A stretch of DNA of 64,000 bases from Bdellovibrionota bacterium (GTDB lineage: Bacteria > Bdellovibrionota_C > UBA2361 > JBGSMV01): positions 1 through 64,000 of the forward strand of contig JBGSMV010000043.1 in assembly GCA_041739995.1 (NCBI GenBank), in the 5' to 3' direction. The notes under the pieces are model-generated. The model worked only from the letters and a program-made list of their open reading frames with translations, made no database searches and was not told the DNA's origin. The position numbers and the translations under genes are program-made. Positions 17,968-28,298 of this stretch are shown one piece after another. The stretch's first letter is position 1, and the number at the start of each line of letters is the position of its first letter.

Positions 17968-20259
17968 ATGCCTCGTAATCCCCTGACCAAAGCCATACTC
18001 ATATTGCTGCTCCTTGCGCAGTCGGTTGCCACCTTAGGCAGCCTCCCTGCTTCAGCAGATCCAATCCGCGCACCACCCGTAGAGGTGGAGCTGATCGCCG
18101 AGCACCGTTCGATTCAAGCGAACGAGCCTTTCTTCTTAGGCTTTCGAATGCGCACCGATCCGGGTTGGCATGTGTATTGGAAGTACGCTGGCGATTCTGG
18201 TTCGGCCCCCAAATTTTCTTGGTCGGTTTCTGGTGACGACCGCGCCGATCAGAGTCTCTCGACCGCGAACACCCCGATTAGCCCCATCATTCATTGGGCA
18301 TATCCAGAACGCATCCCAGTTGGACCACTTCTTAACTATGGCTACAGTGGAGAATCCCTCTTCATCGCAGAATTTCCGAGCACCACACTGAGCGTCGCCC
18401 AGGCAGAGTCGTCCACGAGCCTAGAGGTTTTTGTCGATGTCGAATGGCTGGTGTGCATGGAGGAATGCATCCCTGGAAATGCAGTGTTGCAAACAACTCT
18501 ACCGATTAGTTCCTCCAAGCCCGAAGTAAATCAGCAATGGAAAGACCTTTTCGCGCACACACGATCACGCTGGCCGGTCCAAGCTTCTGAAATCTCAGTC
18601 TCCGGGCACTTCGATAACAATGAATATATAGTTAGTGTCGAACTTCCTAAATTTGCGCTTGACGCTGGAAAAGCGCCCCCACTTCCTTCCGCCCACAACG
18701 AACTAGAATTAACTTTCATTCCCGACGTCGGCGACATCATCGAAAACGCCTCGCCGCAAAAGCTTCATTTCGATGGTAAGTTGCATTCGCTCACTCTGAC
18801 CAGAAATATCATCAGCGATGCTCCGTCTGAGCAATTATCTGGGCTTCTGATTTCCAATCGAGGCTGGACCACCCCAGGGCTGCCGCAAGCGCTTGAAGTG
18901 AGCTTTCCGGTATCAGGGGTTGAAGCGACACCTAAGAAGCAAAGCAACAATACGTTTCAAGGGATACAGCGAGCACCATCTGAAACTTCGGACCAAGTCA
19001 GCTTTCCCATGGCGCTGGTCCTTGCTTTTCTCGGTGGTTTGATTTTGAACATCATGCCCTGTGTTTTTCCTGTGCTCTCATTAAAGTTGTTGAGCTTCGC
19101 AGAAGAGGCGGGGCGAACCACCCGACATACTCTGACGCAGGGATTTCTTTTTAGCGCTGGAGTAATAGGCACGTTCCTGCTGCTCGCAGCTACACTCATC
19201 CTCCTACGTAACGCCGGTCATAGCCTAGGCTGGGGCTTTCAACTGCAATCCCCAGTTTTTGTTCTCGCACTGAGCTTCCTGATGACCGCACTTGCACTCA
19301 ACCTACTAGGAGTGTTTGAAATGGGAGCATCTGTTCAGCGAGCATTTGGGACCGTGAAAACAGGGGAAGGCACTGCGGGTTCAATTGGAAGCGGCGCACT
19401 CGCAGTAGTACTCGCAACTCCATGCACCGCCCCGTTTATGGGATCGGCGCTTGCTTATGCCCTGACAGTCCCCGCGCTGTCGGGCCTGACGGTATTCGCC
19501 GCTCTGGGTGTGGGCATGGCTTTGCCGTATTTCTTGCTTTGCACAGTGCCGGGATTTCTGAAAATTCTTCCACGCCCCGGCGCTTGGATGCTCACATTCA
19601 AGCAGCTCATGGCTTTCCCGCTGTTTGCTACCGTTATTTGGCTGCTGTGGGTACTTGGAGTGCAGGCTGGACCAGACGCTATTGTCGGCGCGTTGATCGG
19701 CCTTTTAGGCCTAGGGCTTGGACTTTGGTGCTTGGGCATCTGGGCTGCGCCCCATCGTCGATATCGCACTAGGATGTTCGGCAGATTGGCTTGCGCCGCC
19801 TGCGCATTGGTTGGCGGTTGGCTTTCATACTCTACGCTGATGGAGTCACGTCCAGTTCAATCAACAACTTCTGGAGTCTACACCGACACATATGGGCAAC
19901 AGTGGGAAGATTTCTCGGAAAAGCACCTGAGCGAATTACTCGCGAGCAAGCGCGTGGTCTATCTAGATTTCACCGCCGCTTGGTGCATCACCTGTCAGGT
20001 GAATAAAAAACTGGTGTTCTCATCGTCTGAAGTTAGAGACTTCATATCATCCAATAACATTGCCCTCATACGTGCCGATTGGACTAACCAGGACCCTAGT
20101 ATCACCGAAGCCTTAGCCAAGTTCGGGCGACAAGGAGTGCCCTTAAATGTCGTGTTTCCCCACTCGCAGGACTCGTCTCCCGATAATAACTTTACGCTGC
20201 TTCCCGCAGTACTCACTCCGAACATTGTGCTTGAAGCGCTTCGTCAAGCAGTAAAATAA
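17968..20259 (+). CDS. dsbD: Thiol:disulfide interchange protein, DsbD family
   Basis: GWHVYWK, LVCMEECIPG, LNIMPCVFPVL, ATPCTAPF and DFTAAWCITC motifs. Confidence 0.93.
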   Translation: MPRNPLTKAILILLLLAQSVATLGSLPASADPIRAPPVEVELIAEHRSIQANEPFFLGFRMRTDPGWHVYWKYAGDSGSAPKFSWSVSGDDRADQSLSTANTPISPIIHWAYPERIPVGPLLNYGYSGESLFIAEFPSTTLSVAQAESSTSLEVFVDVEWLVCMEECIPGNAVLQTTLPISSSKPEVNQQWKDLFAHTRSRWPVQASEISVSGHFDNNEYIVSVELPKFALDAGKAPPLPSAHNELELTFIPDVGDIIENASPQKLHFDGKLHSLTLTRNIISDAPSEQLSGLLISNRGWTTPGLPQALEVSFPVSGVEATPKKQSNNTFQGIQRAPSETSDQVSFPMALVLAFLGGLILNIMPCVFPVLSLKLLSFAEEAGRTTRHTLTQGFLFSAGVIGTFLLLAATLILLRNAGHSLGWGFQLQSPVFVLALSFLMTALALNLLGVFEMGASVQRAFGTVKTGEGTAGSIGSGALAVVLATPCTAPFMGSALAYALTVPALSGLTVFAALGVGMALPYFLLCTVPGFLKILPRPGAWMLTFKQLMAFPLFATVIWLLWVLGVQAGPDAIVGALIGLLGLGLGLWCLGIWAAPHRRYRTRMFGRLACAACALVGGWLSYSTLMESRPVQSTTSGVYTDTYGQQWEDFSEKHLSELLASKRVVYLDFTAAWCITCQVNKKLVFSSSEVRDFISSNNIALIRADWTNQDPSITEALAKFGRQGVPLNVVFPHSQDSSPDNNFTLLPAVLTPNIVLEALRQAVK

Positions 20260-20345
20260 CCTATGTTCGATTCTGACACGCGCTTCACTTGTGGCCTAAG
20301 GCCATCCGCACTAGTCTTCCCACTCACATAGAAGGAGCTCATGCT

Positions 20346-21038
20346 ATGAACTACGTACTCTGTAACCGCGCACTAACCAGCAACCGCGCACTAACCAGCT
20401 TGTCGAAAAGATTTTCCAAAATTGCACAGCAAGGCCTGATCTTCGCAGCCTTCGCGCTGATGGCACTTATACCACTGAGTGTCGCCCTCGCTGACGTAAC
20501 GATTGGCAAAGCAGCACCAGCATTTTCGCTTCAAGGCGCGGATGGAAGTACTTACTCGCTAGAACAGCAGCATGGAAAGTATGTGGTGCTCGAATGGCTC
20601 AATTACGAATGTCCGTACGTTCGGAAGCACTACGAGAGCAAAAACATGCAGTCCCTGCAGAAAAAGTACGCAGATAAGGGCGTCATGTGGTTTGCGGTTA
20701 ACTCTTCCGCTGAGGGCAAACAGGGGCATTTAACTCCCGAAGAAGCGCTAAAACTCGCCGAAGAAAAGGGCTCAGCCACCGTCACCACGTTGCTTGATAG
20801 CTCTGGCGCACTTGGGAGACTTTACGGCGCTCGCACCACCCCACACATGTTTGTGATTAATCCCGAAGGGATAATTATTTACGCAGGGGCGATTGATGAC
20901 AACGATTCAACACGTCTGTCTTCGGTGGAGGGGGCGAAGAACTATGTCGCCGCCGCTCTCGACGAAGCCATGGCAGGATCAAAAGTATCGACTGCCTCAT
21001 CTCAGCCTTACGGTTGCTCAGTTAAATATGCAGCCTAA
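20346..21038 (+). CDS. Periplasmic thioredoxin-fold/redoxin protein (DsbD partner)
   Basis: VVLEWLNYECPYV, YGARTTPHMFVI, YAGAIDD and PYGCSVKY motifs; GAAGGAG Shine-Dalgarno. Confidence 0.9.
   Translation: MNYVLCNRALTSNRALTSLSKRFSKIAQQGLIFAAFALMALIPLSVALADVTIGKAAPAFSLQGADGSTYSLEQQHGKYVVLEWLNYECPYVRKHYESKNMQSLQKKYADKGVMWFAVNSSAEGKQGHLTPEEALKLAEEKGSATVTTLLDSSGALGRLYGARTTPHMFVINPEGIIIYAGAIDDNDSTRLSSVEGAKNYVAAALDEAMAGSKVSTASSQPYGCSVKYAA
20364..20399 (+). repeat. 18-bp in-frame tandem duplication (NRALTS x2)
   Basis: aaccgcgcactaaccagc occurs twice exactly. Confidence 0.9.
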
Positions 21039-21084
21039 CGTCTGACTAAATATGCAGCCTAACGTCTGACTAAATACGCAGCCT
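21023..21084 (+). repeat. 24-bp tandem repeat, about 2.6 copies, spanning the redoxin stop codon
   Basis: taaatatgcagcctaacgtctgac at 21023 and 21047; partial taaatacgcagcct at 21071. Confidence 0.9.
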
Positions 21085-21230
21085 GAAGACCGGCGAGTCA
21101 AATTAGGGAATCAGGAGTAGCTTTGCTTTCCGTCAGCTCACGGAAGGGGTCGTGCACGCCTGGAATCCGAAGCTCTTCAAAGACTTCTTCACTAATTTCG
21201 AAGCGAAATTTGATGGGAAAGCATTCCGAG

Positions 21231-21740
21231 CTAGTCCGAATCCGATCGCCGGAGCCTCTGATTGACTCCTTTTTTGAAGGAACGGAACATATTTTCGAGC
21301 CGCTCTGTTACTGAAAGAACCAAGAGAACGACCACCGTCAAAACAACTGCGCCGAAGTGATGATCAAAGCCGATCATAGCTCCGATCGCTGCAAGCACCC
21401 AAACAATCGTCGCTGAGGTGATACCAGTAATCCGGCCACCGTCGCGCGCCATCATCAAACCGGCACCGAGGAATCCAATGCCGGTAATCACTTGTCCCAG
21501 CACTCGGGAACTATCCGTACCCACGCCTTCTGTCTCGGCGCCTAGTCGAATAAAGGTACAAGTCCCGAGGCACACCAAGGTGAGCGTTCTCGCCCCAGCA
21601 GGTTTCCCACGTACTTGTCTCTCTATCCCGATCAGCGCGCCGCATACTAGAGCGGTGAGGATATCAGACCACAAGACAGGGTGTGGGAGCGGGCCAAGAA
21701 ACGCTAGTAACTGATTAAGATTGGCTACGAGCATAATCAT
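21231..21740 (-). CDS. MgtC/SapB family membrane protein
   Basis: GALIGIERQ, KPAGARTLTLV, RVLGQVITGIGFLGAG and GITSAT motifs. Confidence 0.93.
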   Translation of the reverse strand: MIMLVANLNQLLAFLGPLPHPVLWSDILTALVCGALIGIERQVRGKPAGARTLTLVCLGTCTFIRLGAETEGVGTDSSRVLGQVITGIGFLGAGLMMARDGGRITGITSATIVWVLAAIGAMIGFDHHFGAVVLTVVVLLVLSVTERLENMFRSFKKGVNQRLRRSDSD

Positions 21741-22215
21741 GTTCTTAGTAACGGCAGCCTTTCCCGTCGAGTCTATTTAGCTGCGCAAACCGTGAGAGTT
21801 ACTCACCCCTCAGGGGTGGATTTGCTCGCGCAAATCCGGGGTGAAAATACTATCCGTTCACAAAAATCGCCGGCCCCGTTCAGGGGCCGCCCGTAAGAAC
21901 CCCCGAAAACAAAAAAATCTTGCCATCGAAACATGCGGGAATTCAACCGAATTTTAGCCCCGTGAATGAATACTAGTATCGAAAACCACGAAGATGCACC
22001 AGGAGCTGTTTTGATGCGAAGATTTGAGACCAATAGCACTGCAGGAGCACACCGCGTCACGACCTAACCCAGCGGCGACCACCGCGGATTCTGGAGCTTG
22101 ATATGCCTGCATTTACCTTCAAAAAAGGGAGCGAGTCGCACGGGCTATGGCGAGAGGAGTTTCAGTACCAGCCCACCAGGCCCAATGGAGGAAAGGCCTT
22201 TGCTTTTTACCCTGT

Positions 22216-22992
22216 TTAGCCCGCAGCGTTCATCTTATCGAGCATGCAGCCCCAAGCGGCCTTTCCGAGACAATGGTCATCGAGTACTAAATGATTCGGG
22301 GCAAGAAAATCAGTGGCGACCGACTGAATCGCATGCATTTGCACATTTTTAAAGTCTCTCTGTGAAGTCCAAGACTCGAGAGAGCTCCATTTCATGAATT
22401 CGTCCGACTTGCTGATGAAGATCTTAAGATTCAGGTGCCTAAGCGCTCCCTCTGAGCAATCCTGCTGCACCTCGCGATGCAAGTCGAATAACGCTCGATA
22501 CCAAGGAGACCGAATTCCGGCCCTGGCCCTATAGCGCTTCGGCACCCCGCTTCGAAGCGGAAACCAAGTGGGCACTATGCGTGAAAGCAGCCCCCCACAA
22601 CCAACCCAACTACGAAACCCAATGGCCGGGGCCAGCAACAACAGTCGGTCAACTCTAAGTCGTGCTCTCTCTTGAAGAACCGCTACGGAGACTAGTCCAC
22701 CAAGTGAGTAACCCAAAGCCCAAACCGGCTCAGGAAAGCTTTCGGCAAAGTCGAGCGCCTCTCTTAGATCTTGCTTCCAACGGGTCGCGCTGACGAGGCT
22801 TCCTTCCTCGATGCCAGGCCTATGTCCGGTCAAAGCGACAATCAGAACTCTCTTACCCCTCGCTACAAACTCTGCTGCCAGCGGCTCCATTGCGCTTGGC
22901 GCAATATTAAGACCGTGCACGAGGACAACAGTGCCAGTGCAGGGCGTCTGAGGACCGCACTCGGTCTGTGAAATTACACACTCCGGAGTCAT
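22216..22992 (-). CDS. Alpha/beta hydrolase (esterase/lipase-like)
   Basis: VLVHGL, nucleophile elbow GYSLG, later Asp (SDE) and His (NH); ATGA overlap with the lpxK stop. Confidence 0.85.
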   Translation of the reverse strand: MTPECVISQTECGPQTPCTGTVVLVHGLNIAPSAMEPLAAEFVARGKRVLIVALTGHRPGIEEGSLVSATRWKQDLREALDFAESFPEPVWALGYSLGGLVSVAVLQERARLRVDRLLLLAPAIGFRSWVGCGGLLSRIVPTWFPLRSGVPKRYRARAGIRSPWYRALFDLHREVQQDCSEGALRHLNLKIFISKSDEFMKWSSLESWTSQRDFKNVQMHAIQSVATDFLAPNHLVLDDHCLGKAAWGCMLDKMNAAG

Positions 22993-24077
22993 GAAGGTAC
23001 CGTGGGTGTTTCGACCCGAGTAGCTTCCGCTTGTAGGCGGCGCATAGATTGCTCTCGCGGCACCGCGTTCATTTTTCTCTCTATACTGGCCACGATCATG
23101 CGGAAAAAGCTGTCAGAGGACTGCACATTCAAATGCGTGCGTAGAACATGTATTTTTGCTTTGTCCAAAGAGTGTAGCTTGGTGGCGTCTTTCTCCGTAC
23201 ATACGAGCGGCAACTCTGGGTGCACCGCTCTGACTTGTTCTAAATCTGCACGAGAAAACACGTGGTGATCAGGGAAGGCACAGCGACCCGCCACTCGTAT
23301 GGCCATTGACTCAAGAGTTCGAAAAAATCCTTCTGGCTGAGCGATCCCGGAAAACGCAACTACTTCAGAAAGATTCGCCGCCGCACCGCTCTCTAACGAG
23401 AAAATTCCATCGACCTCTAAGCCAGCCTGAAAGGAAGGAAGTCCAGCGGGAAGCAGCGCTTCAGCGCGCAAGACGCTCTGCTCGTCCGAAGAAACCGAAG
23501 ACCGATTTACCCATACCACTGCCCCTGCCCTTGAAAGTGCCCTGTCTCGCGACTCTCTGAATCTCCCCATCGGAAGCAGTTCACCTTGGACGAATTTCTC
23601 CAACTCCGCCCCGCTACCACTACTTACGCAGAGCAGGTCAAGATCGCGCCTAAGCCAACGGTGCTGAAAACCATCATCAAGCAACGCCACGTTGCCCAGG
23701 TTCTGTGCGAGTGCATACTCCACACCTGCCGCACGCGCACGCGAGATCACCACTGGGCAGCCGGTCTTCTCCAAAAGGAGCAGTGGCTCATCCCCCACTT
23801 CGCTAGGGGAGTTGTTCCCTACTACTTGAACCGGACCTCGCAATGAGCCGCCGTACCCGCGCGTAACGATGAACGGACGATATCCAAGCTCTCGAAGCTT
23901 GCACGCGATCATTACTGTAAGTGGCGTCTTTCCATTTCCACCAACGGTCAGGTTCCCGATACTGATGACCGGGCAATCCACGCTCACCGCCTTCAATACT
24001 TTGATATCAAACAGCCAATTTCGCGCTGCGGTCACAGCACCCATCAGAAGTGCAAGTGGAAAGAGTACTAGGCGCAT
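22989..24077 (-). CDS. lpxK: Tetraacyldisaccharide 4'-kinase
   Basis: IGNLTVGGNGKTP, RGYGG, GDEPLLL, LDDGFQH, FPDHH and CTEKD motifs. Confidence 0.96.
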   Translation of the reverse strand: MRLVLFPLALLMGAVTAARNWLFDIKVLKAVSVDCPVISIGNLTVGGNGKTPLTVMIACKLRELGYRPFIVTRGYGGSLRGPVQVVGNNSPSEVGDEPLLLLEKTGCPVVISRARAAGVEYALAQNLGNVALLDDGFQHRWLRRDLDLLCVSSGSGAELEKFVQGELLPMGRFRESRDRALSRAGAVVWVNRSSVSSDEQSVLRAEALLPAGLPSFQAGLEVDGIFSLESGAAANLSEVVAFSGIAQPEGFFRTLESMAIRVAGRCAFPDHHVFSRADLEQVRAVHPELPLVCTEKDATKLHSLDKAKIHVLRTHLNVQSSDSFFRMIVASIERKMNAVPREQSMRRLQAEATRVETPTVPS

Positions 24078-25384
24078 GCGTTTGTAATGACTCCATGGCT
24101 CTCAAGGGCTTGCATAGTGCGGGCAAGCGCTCCGCTTTGCGATTCCCAGGCAGCTCGTCCCCGAGCTCCAATGTCAGTAAGGGTCTGCCCGTTAATCATC
24201 TTCTCAGGATGAACCACAGCTTCAAGCACCGCAGCAAGGTCGCTGCTACCGCGAAGCTCAGTCACGCCATTATGCTCCTTTAATAGTACAACGGCATCAG
24301 CGGCGTTTCGGTAGTAGGGCCCGAGACAAATGGCGGCGCCATAAGGAGCAGGCTCCAGGGGGTTATGCCCTCCAAAATCCCGAAGTGTTCCTCCGATAAA
24401 GCAGAGCGAAGCAACCGAATAAATGTCGGCGAGTTCGCCCATCGCATCTAAGAGCACGACTGCGGGAGCGCTTCCTCGATGTTCTTCTACTGTCTTGTCC
24501 TTCGCTCGAGTAGACCAGCGTCTAAATGAAAGTTTGTGGTCCTGCAAACTCCGCGCAAAATACTCGAACTTCTCCTCGTGACGAGGGGCAACTACGAACC
24601 CAACTCTTCCCGGGTACTGCGCTACGCACCGGGCCATCTCAGGAAACCACTCTTCCTCCTCTCCACAACGCAAACTTCCGAGCACCACAATCGGACGATT
24701 ATCAGGAAACAACTCGGCGCGCCGCTGCGCTCGTTGCGCGTCGCTAAGTAAGCTCCCGCCAGAGTCGTACTTGGTATTCCCGGTCGTCACTGCACGCTCT
24801 GGCCTCACCCCTAGGCCTAACAGTCTCTCGCGCGCCTCCTCGGACTGGATGCACACCACTTCAAGCTGCTTAAGCCCCTCTCTAACAATATCCCCAAGGA
24901 TCGTGTATCTGCGTGCGGAACGCGCGGACATCCGCCCGTTAACCAATCCCATAGGCACCGCGCGGCGATGCAAGCAGGAAATGAGTTCCGGCCACAGCTC
25001 GGTCTCACTAAAGACAAAACCCACCGGGGTTCGATTTCCAATTGCCTTCGAGATCCAATAGGAATGATCAAAGGGAAGCAATCTTAAGTGTAGCCAAGCT
25101 TTATCGTCTAAGCGCGTCGAAGCTTGCTCAAGTCCTGTAATAGAAACGGCCGTCACCAAGATCTCCATCTCAGGGCAGCGCTCTCGCAACGCGAGAATCA
25201 GAGGAACTATCCCATTAATCTCTCCGACCGAAGCGCCGTGAAACCAAAAAAAGCGTTTTGGAAGTTCGCCCCAAAAGCCACACCGCTCCATGAATCTCGA
25301 TCTACCGCGACGCGATAGTAGAAAAGCTGGAAGCGCGGCGAACGGCGTCAAAAGCATGACTAAGCGATAAAGAAATCGAATCAA
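24068..25384 (-). CDS. waaA: Kdo transferase
   Basis: WFHGASVGE, LPFD, ETELWPEL, TGNTKYD, APRH and GGHNPLEPA motifs. Confidence 0.96.
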   Translation of the reverse strand: MIRFLYRLVMLLTPFAALPAFLLSRRGRSRFMERCGFWGELPKRFFWFHGASVGEINGIVPLILALRERCPEMEILVTAVSITGLEQASTRLDDKAWLHLRLLPFDHSYWISKAIGNRTPVGFVFSETELWPELISCLHRRAVPMGLVNGRMSARSARRYTILGDIVREGLKQLEVVCIQSEEARERLLGLGVRPERAVTTGNTKYDSGGSLLSDAQRAQRRAELFPDNRPIVVLGSLRCGEEEEWFPEMARCVAQYPGRVGFVVAPRHEEKFEYFARSLQDHKLSFRRWSTRAKDKTVEEHRGSAPAVVLLDAMGELADIYSVASLCFIGGTLRDFGGHNPLEPAPYGAAICLGPYYRNAADAVVLLKEHNGVTELRGSSDLAAVLEAVVHPEKMINGQTLTDIGARGRAAWESQSGALARTMQALESHGVITNACA

Positions 25385-26115
25385 TGTGATGCTCCCCCCA
25401 CATTCCCCAGCCCGGCGTGTCCGTTTGAACGAGACTCTCTCACCGCAGACTTCGCGAGAGTATGGTGCAGGCCACCAAGAGCATTGAGGGCACTCTCAAC
25501 CTCAAGTCGCTTGGCCTCCATCTCATCCTCATCAGCATCACGACTCACCACAATCGGGGCACCATAGGTCGCATAAGCTTTAGCAAATGGTTTCGGAAGT
25601 TCCATCCGATCCCAACTCCCAAACACCCATTTGTGACTAAAGCGACACGATATCGGAATAATGGGAACTCCGGATAGTCGGGCCAATACAATCACACCCT
25701 TTTTGCATATTTGCCTCGGACCCTTTGGCCCGTCCGGAGTAAGCGCTATGTGCTTTCCTGATTTAAGCACTCGTAACAATCCTCTGGTCGCTTCGCTTCC
25801 TCCCCGAGTGGAAGACCCAGCCACCGAATCCATACCGATTCGATCAATCACATCTGCAATGAGTCGTCCATCGCTGTGTTGACTAATCAGAACCGCGAAG
25901 CTTCTTGGTGGCGCTCCAGTACGCATCACCGAGAAGGTCATGAGCAGTTGCTCAGCATGCCAAAAGGCAATGATGTGCGGAGTCTTGAGATCGCGGAAAA
26001 AATTCTTGGCATCACCATCCGCCGATTGGAACTCCCATCGCAATGTAGCGGACAAACCACGAAGAAACATCGCTGCCGTCCAGATCAAAGTGCGCTCAAA
26101 AAAGGTGCGAAGCAT
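25381..26115 (-). CDS. DUF374 / lysophospholipid acyltransferase family protein (LpxJ-like candidate)
   Basis: IAFWH, LISQHSDG, GSSTRGG, ALTPDGPKGP and SWDRMELPKPF motifs; located within the lipid A genes. Confidence 0.88.
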   Translation of the reverse strand: MLRTFFERTLIWTAAMFLRGLSATLRWEFQSADGDAKNFFRDLKTPHIIAFWHAEQLLMTFSVMRTGAPPRSFAVLISQHSDGRLIADVIDRIGMDSVAGSSTRGGSEATRGLLRVLKSGKHIALTPDGPKGPRQICKKGVIVLARLSGVPIIPISCRFSHKWVFGSWDRMELPKPFAKAYATYGAPIVVSRDADEDEMEAKRLEVESALNALGGLHHTLAKSAVRESRSNGHAGLGNVGGASH

Positions 26116-26176
26116 TACTCGGGTCCTAATTACGTGTTTGATTCCCCATGCGCATGCCTCGGCTCCTAAACGTTCC

Positions 26177-28141
26177 TTACGTCTCAGTTGTTGCTTGGAA
26201 CTGCAGCGCATGTAATTTGGAGAACTCCCCTCCAAGCTTCAACAATTCGTCATGCGAGCCACGCTCTACAATACGTCCCTGTTGCATCACCAGAACCAAA
26301 TCGGCTGCTCGGATCGTAGACAAGCGATGGGCAATGACGATTGAAGTTCGCCCGCGCGAGAGGGCATCAAGAGCGAGTTGAACCTCGCGCTCTGCCTGGT
26401 TATCCAGTGAGGCCGTCGCTTCATCCAGAATTAAAATGGGCGCGTCCTTAAGAATCGCTCTTGCAATGGCAATGCGCTGTCGCTCACCACCAGAGAGTGA
26501 CAATCCGCTCTCTCCGATCACGCTGTCAAAGCCCTGCGGCAAGCTCATAATGAAATCATACGCATACGCAGCTTTCGCTGCCTGCTCAATCTGCTCACGA
26601 GAAGCGTCCTGGCGACCATAGGCAATGTTCTGCGCAATCGTATCGTGGAAAAGGAATGTGTGCTGATTCACCATCGCAATCTGTCCGCGCAGATCATTTA
26701 AAGAAATCCGCGAAACATCAATGCCACCGAGTCGCACTACCCCTTGTTGGGGGTCAATCAAGCGCGAGATCAGGTCCACCAGAGTGCTCTTGCCGGCTCC
26801 GGAAAAACCTACAACCGCCACTTTTTGCCCTTCCTCAATGCGAAGCGAAATATCACTGAGCACTCGCTCGCCATTCTGCTTACTTTGAAGCATCGCCTTG
26901 CTTTGGTCCATGTCAGCAGGTCGAGCGGGATAGGCAAACGAAACATGCTCAAGCTCGATTGTGTGACTACCACTGAGAGGCAAAGGCGCTAAGGGCTCAA
27001 GAATGGAGGGTGGAGTATCAAGGACGTCAAATAGCCGCTCGGCACCGGCAAGCCCCTGCTGCACCACACTGCTAATGCGCGAGAGCTTTTTGAATGGATC
27101 GTAAAGCAGAAACACCGCCAATAGGAATGCGATGAAATCACCTTGGGTGCGTAGATTTTGAATAACCGAGTAGCCCCCGTAAAGAATAACTCCACCGATG
27201 ACGGCAGTGGCCAACACTTCATTGACGGGACCCGTGAGCGCTTTGACCCGCTCTGCTTTGAGGAAGGTAGCGGTAAGATGGTCGTTCTCTGCTGCAAAGC
27301 GTCGATGCTCCGTCTCTTCTCCGCCGAAGATCTTTATCACTCGGCACCCAAGAGCGGTTTCCTGCATCACCGCAGACAATCTGCCCGTCACATCCTGGCC
27401 CACTCGGCTCAGTTTTCGCATGCGCTTTCCGAAGCGATACACTGGATAAATTCCTATGGGGAACACCACTGCAGCGATGAGCGCCAGAGTCGGATCAAGG
27501 GCGATTGCGGCAACAAGCAACGCGACGATTCTGATTGAGTCCCGCACAATGGCAGCCGCCGCATCGGTCAGGAGCGTTCGAACAAGCAGCACGTCACTAG
27601 TCACACGCGCCACGAGATCGGCAGACGAACGACGCACATAAAAGTCAGCGGAAAGTTTTAGGAGATGTCGGTGCATCTCATTTCTGATGTCACGAACGAT
27701 CGAGAGTCCGATTTTCGACATCAAATATGACTGAGTAAAGTCCGCGACACCTCGCACGATAGCGAACAAAAAAAGCACCACAGGCAAAATCCATAACAGA
27801 GTGGTGTTCTGTTCGGTAAAGACTCCATCGAGCATGTACTTCACCAAGAACGGCACCGCGCCGTCCGTGGCGCCAAACAACACCATGCACAAAGCTGCCC
27901 CGAAAAAAATTGCTCTATAGGGTTTAAGATAAACAAGGAGTCGACGGTAAATGCCGGGTGTATTTTCGGAGCTGGTCTCAGACCCCCTCTTTGACGCAGC
28001 AGTAATCTGAGGCCTGGCGGTCTCAGCATGCACTGGAGGTTGACCCGTCGACGTGGCTATCGAACCGCCGTCTAAGACGGCGCTCTCGGCAACGCGAGCA
28101 CCAAGGTCCTGACTATCTCTCTCAGCGCTGGCGTTCGGCAT
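26177..28141 (-). CDS. msbA: Lipid A export ABC transporter, permease plus ATPase
   Basis: ABC membrane domain plus GFSGAGKST, LSGGERQR, ILDEATASLD and IAHRLST; upstream of waaA/lpxK. Confidence 0.92.
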   Translation of the reverse strand: MPNASAERDSQDLGARVAESAVLDGGSIATSTGQPPVHAETARPQITAASKRGSETSSENTPGIYRRLLVYLKPYRAIFFGAALCMVLFGATDGAVPFLVKYMLDGVFTEQNTTLLWILPVVLFLFAIVRGVADFTQSYLMSKIGLSIVRDIRNEMHRHLLKLSADFYVRRSSADLVARVTSDVLLVRTLLTDAAAAIVRDSIRIVALLVAAIALDPTLALIAAVVFPIGIYPVYRFGKRMRKLSRVGQDVTGRLSAVMQETALGCRVIKIFGGEETEHRRFAAENDHLTATFLKAERVKALTGPVNEVLATAVIGGVILYGGYSVIQNLRTQGDFIAFLLAVFLLYDPFKKLSRISSVVQQGLAGAERLFDVLDTPPSILEPLAPLPLSGSHTIELEHVSFAYPARPADMDQSKAMLQSKQNGERVLSDISLRIEEGQKVAVVGFSGAGKSTLVDLISRLIDPQQGVVRLGGIDVSRISLNDLRGQIAMVNQHTFLFHDTIAQNIAYGRQDASREQIEQAAKAAYAYDFIMSLPQGFDSVIGESGLSLSGGERQRIAIARAILKDAPILILDEATASLDNQAEREVQLALDALSRGRTSIVIAHRLSTIRAADLVLVMQQGRIVERGSHDELLKLGGEFSKLHALQFQATTET

Positions 28142-28298
28142 TTTTATCCTTTATGGTTCTCGCAACCATACGATATGAAACTAGATTTTTCAAAGGAGCC
28201 GCTCTTACCATAGTGGCTTGTACTCTGGGCGAATGACCCTCAAGAGCATCGCCTACTTAGCGCTTTTTGCGCGTGAGCCGGCAAGGAGAAAGGGAGAT

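Noticed and set aside
21023..21084. Possible mini-CRISPR array
   Set aside because: The repeats are head-to-tail with no spacers, and there are no cas genes in the window.
22021..22070. M-box (ykoK) riboswitch-like words on the minus strand upstream of the MgtC-like gene
   Set aside because: GTTAGGT, GCTCCTG and CAGTGCTA occur, but their spacing is incompatible with the M-box architecture.
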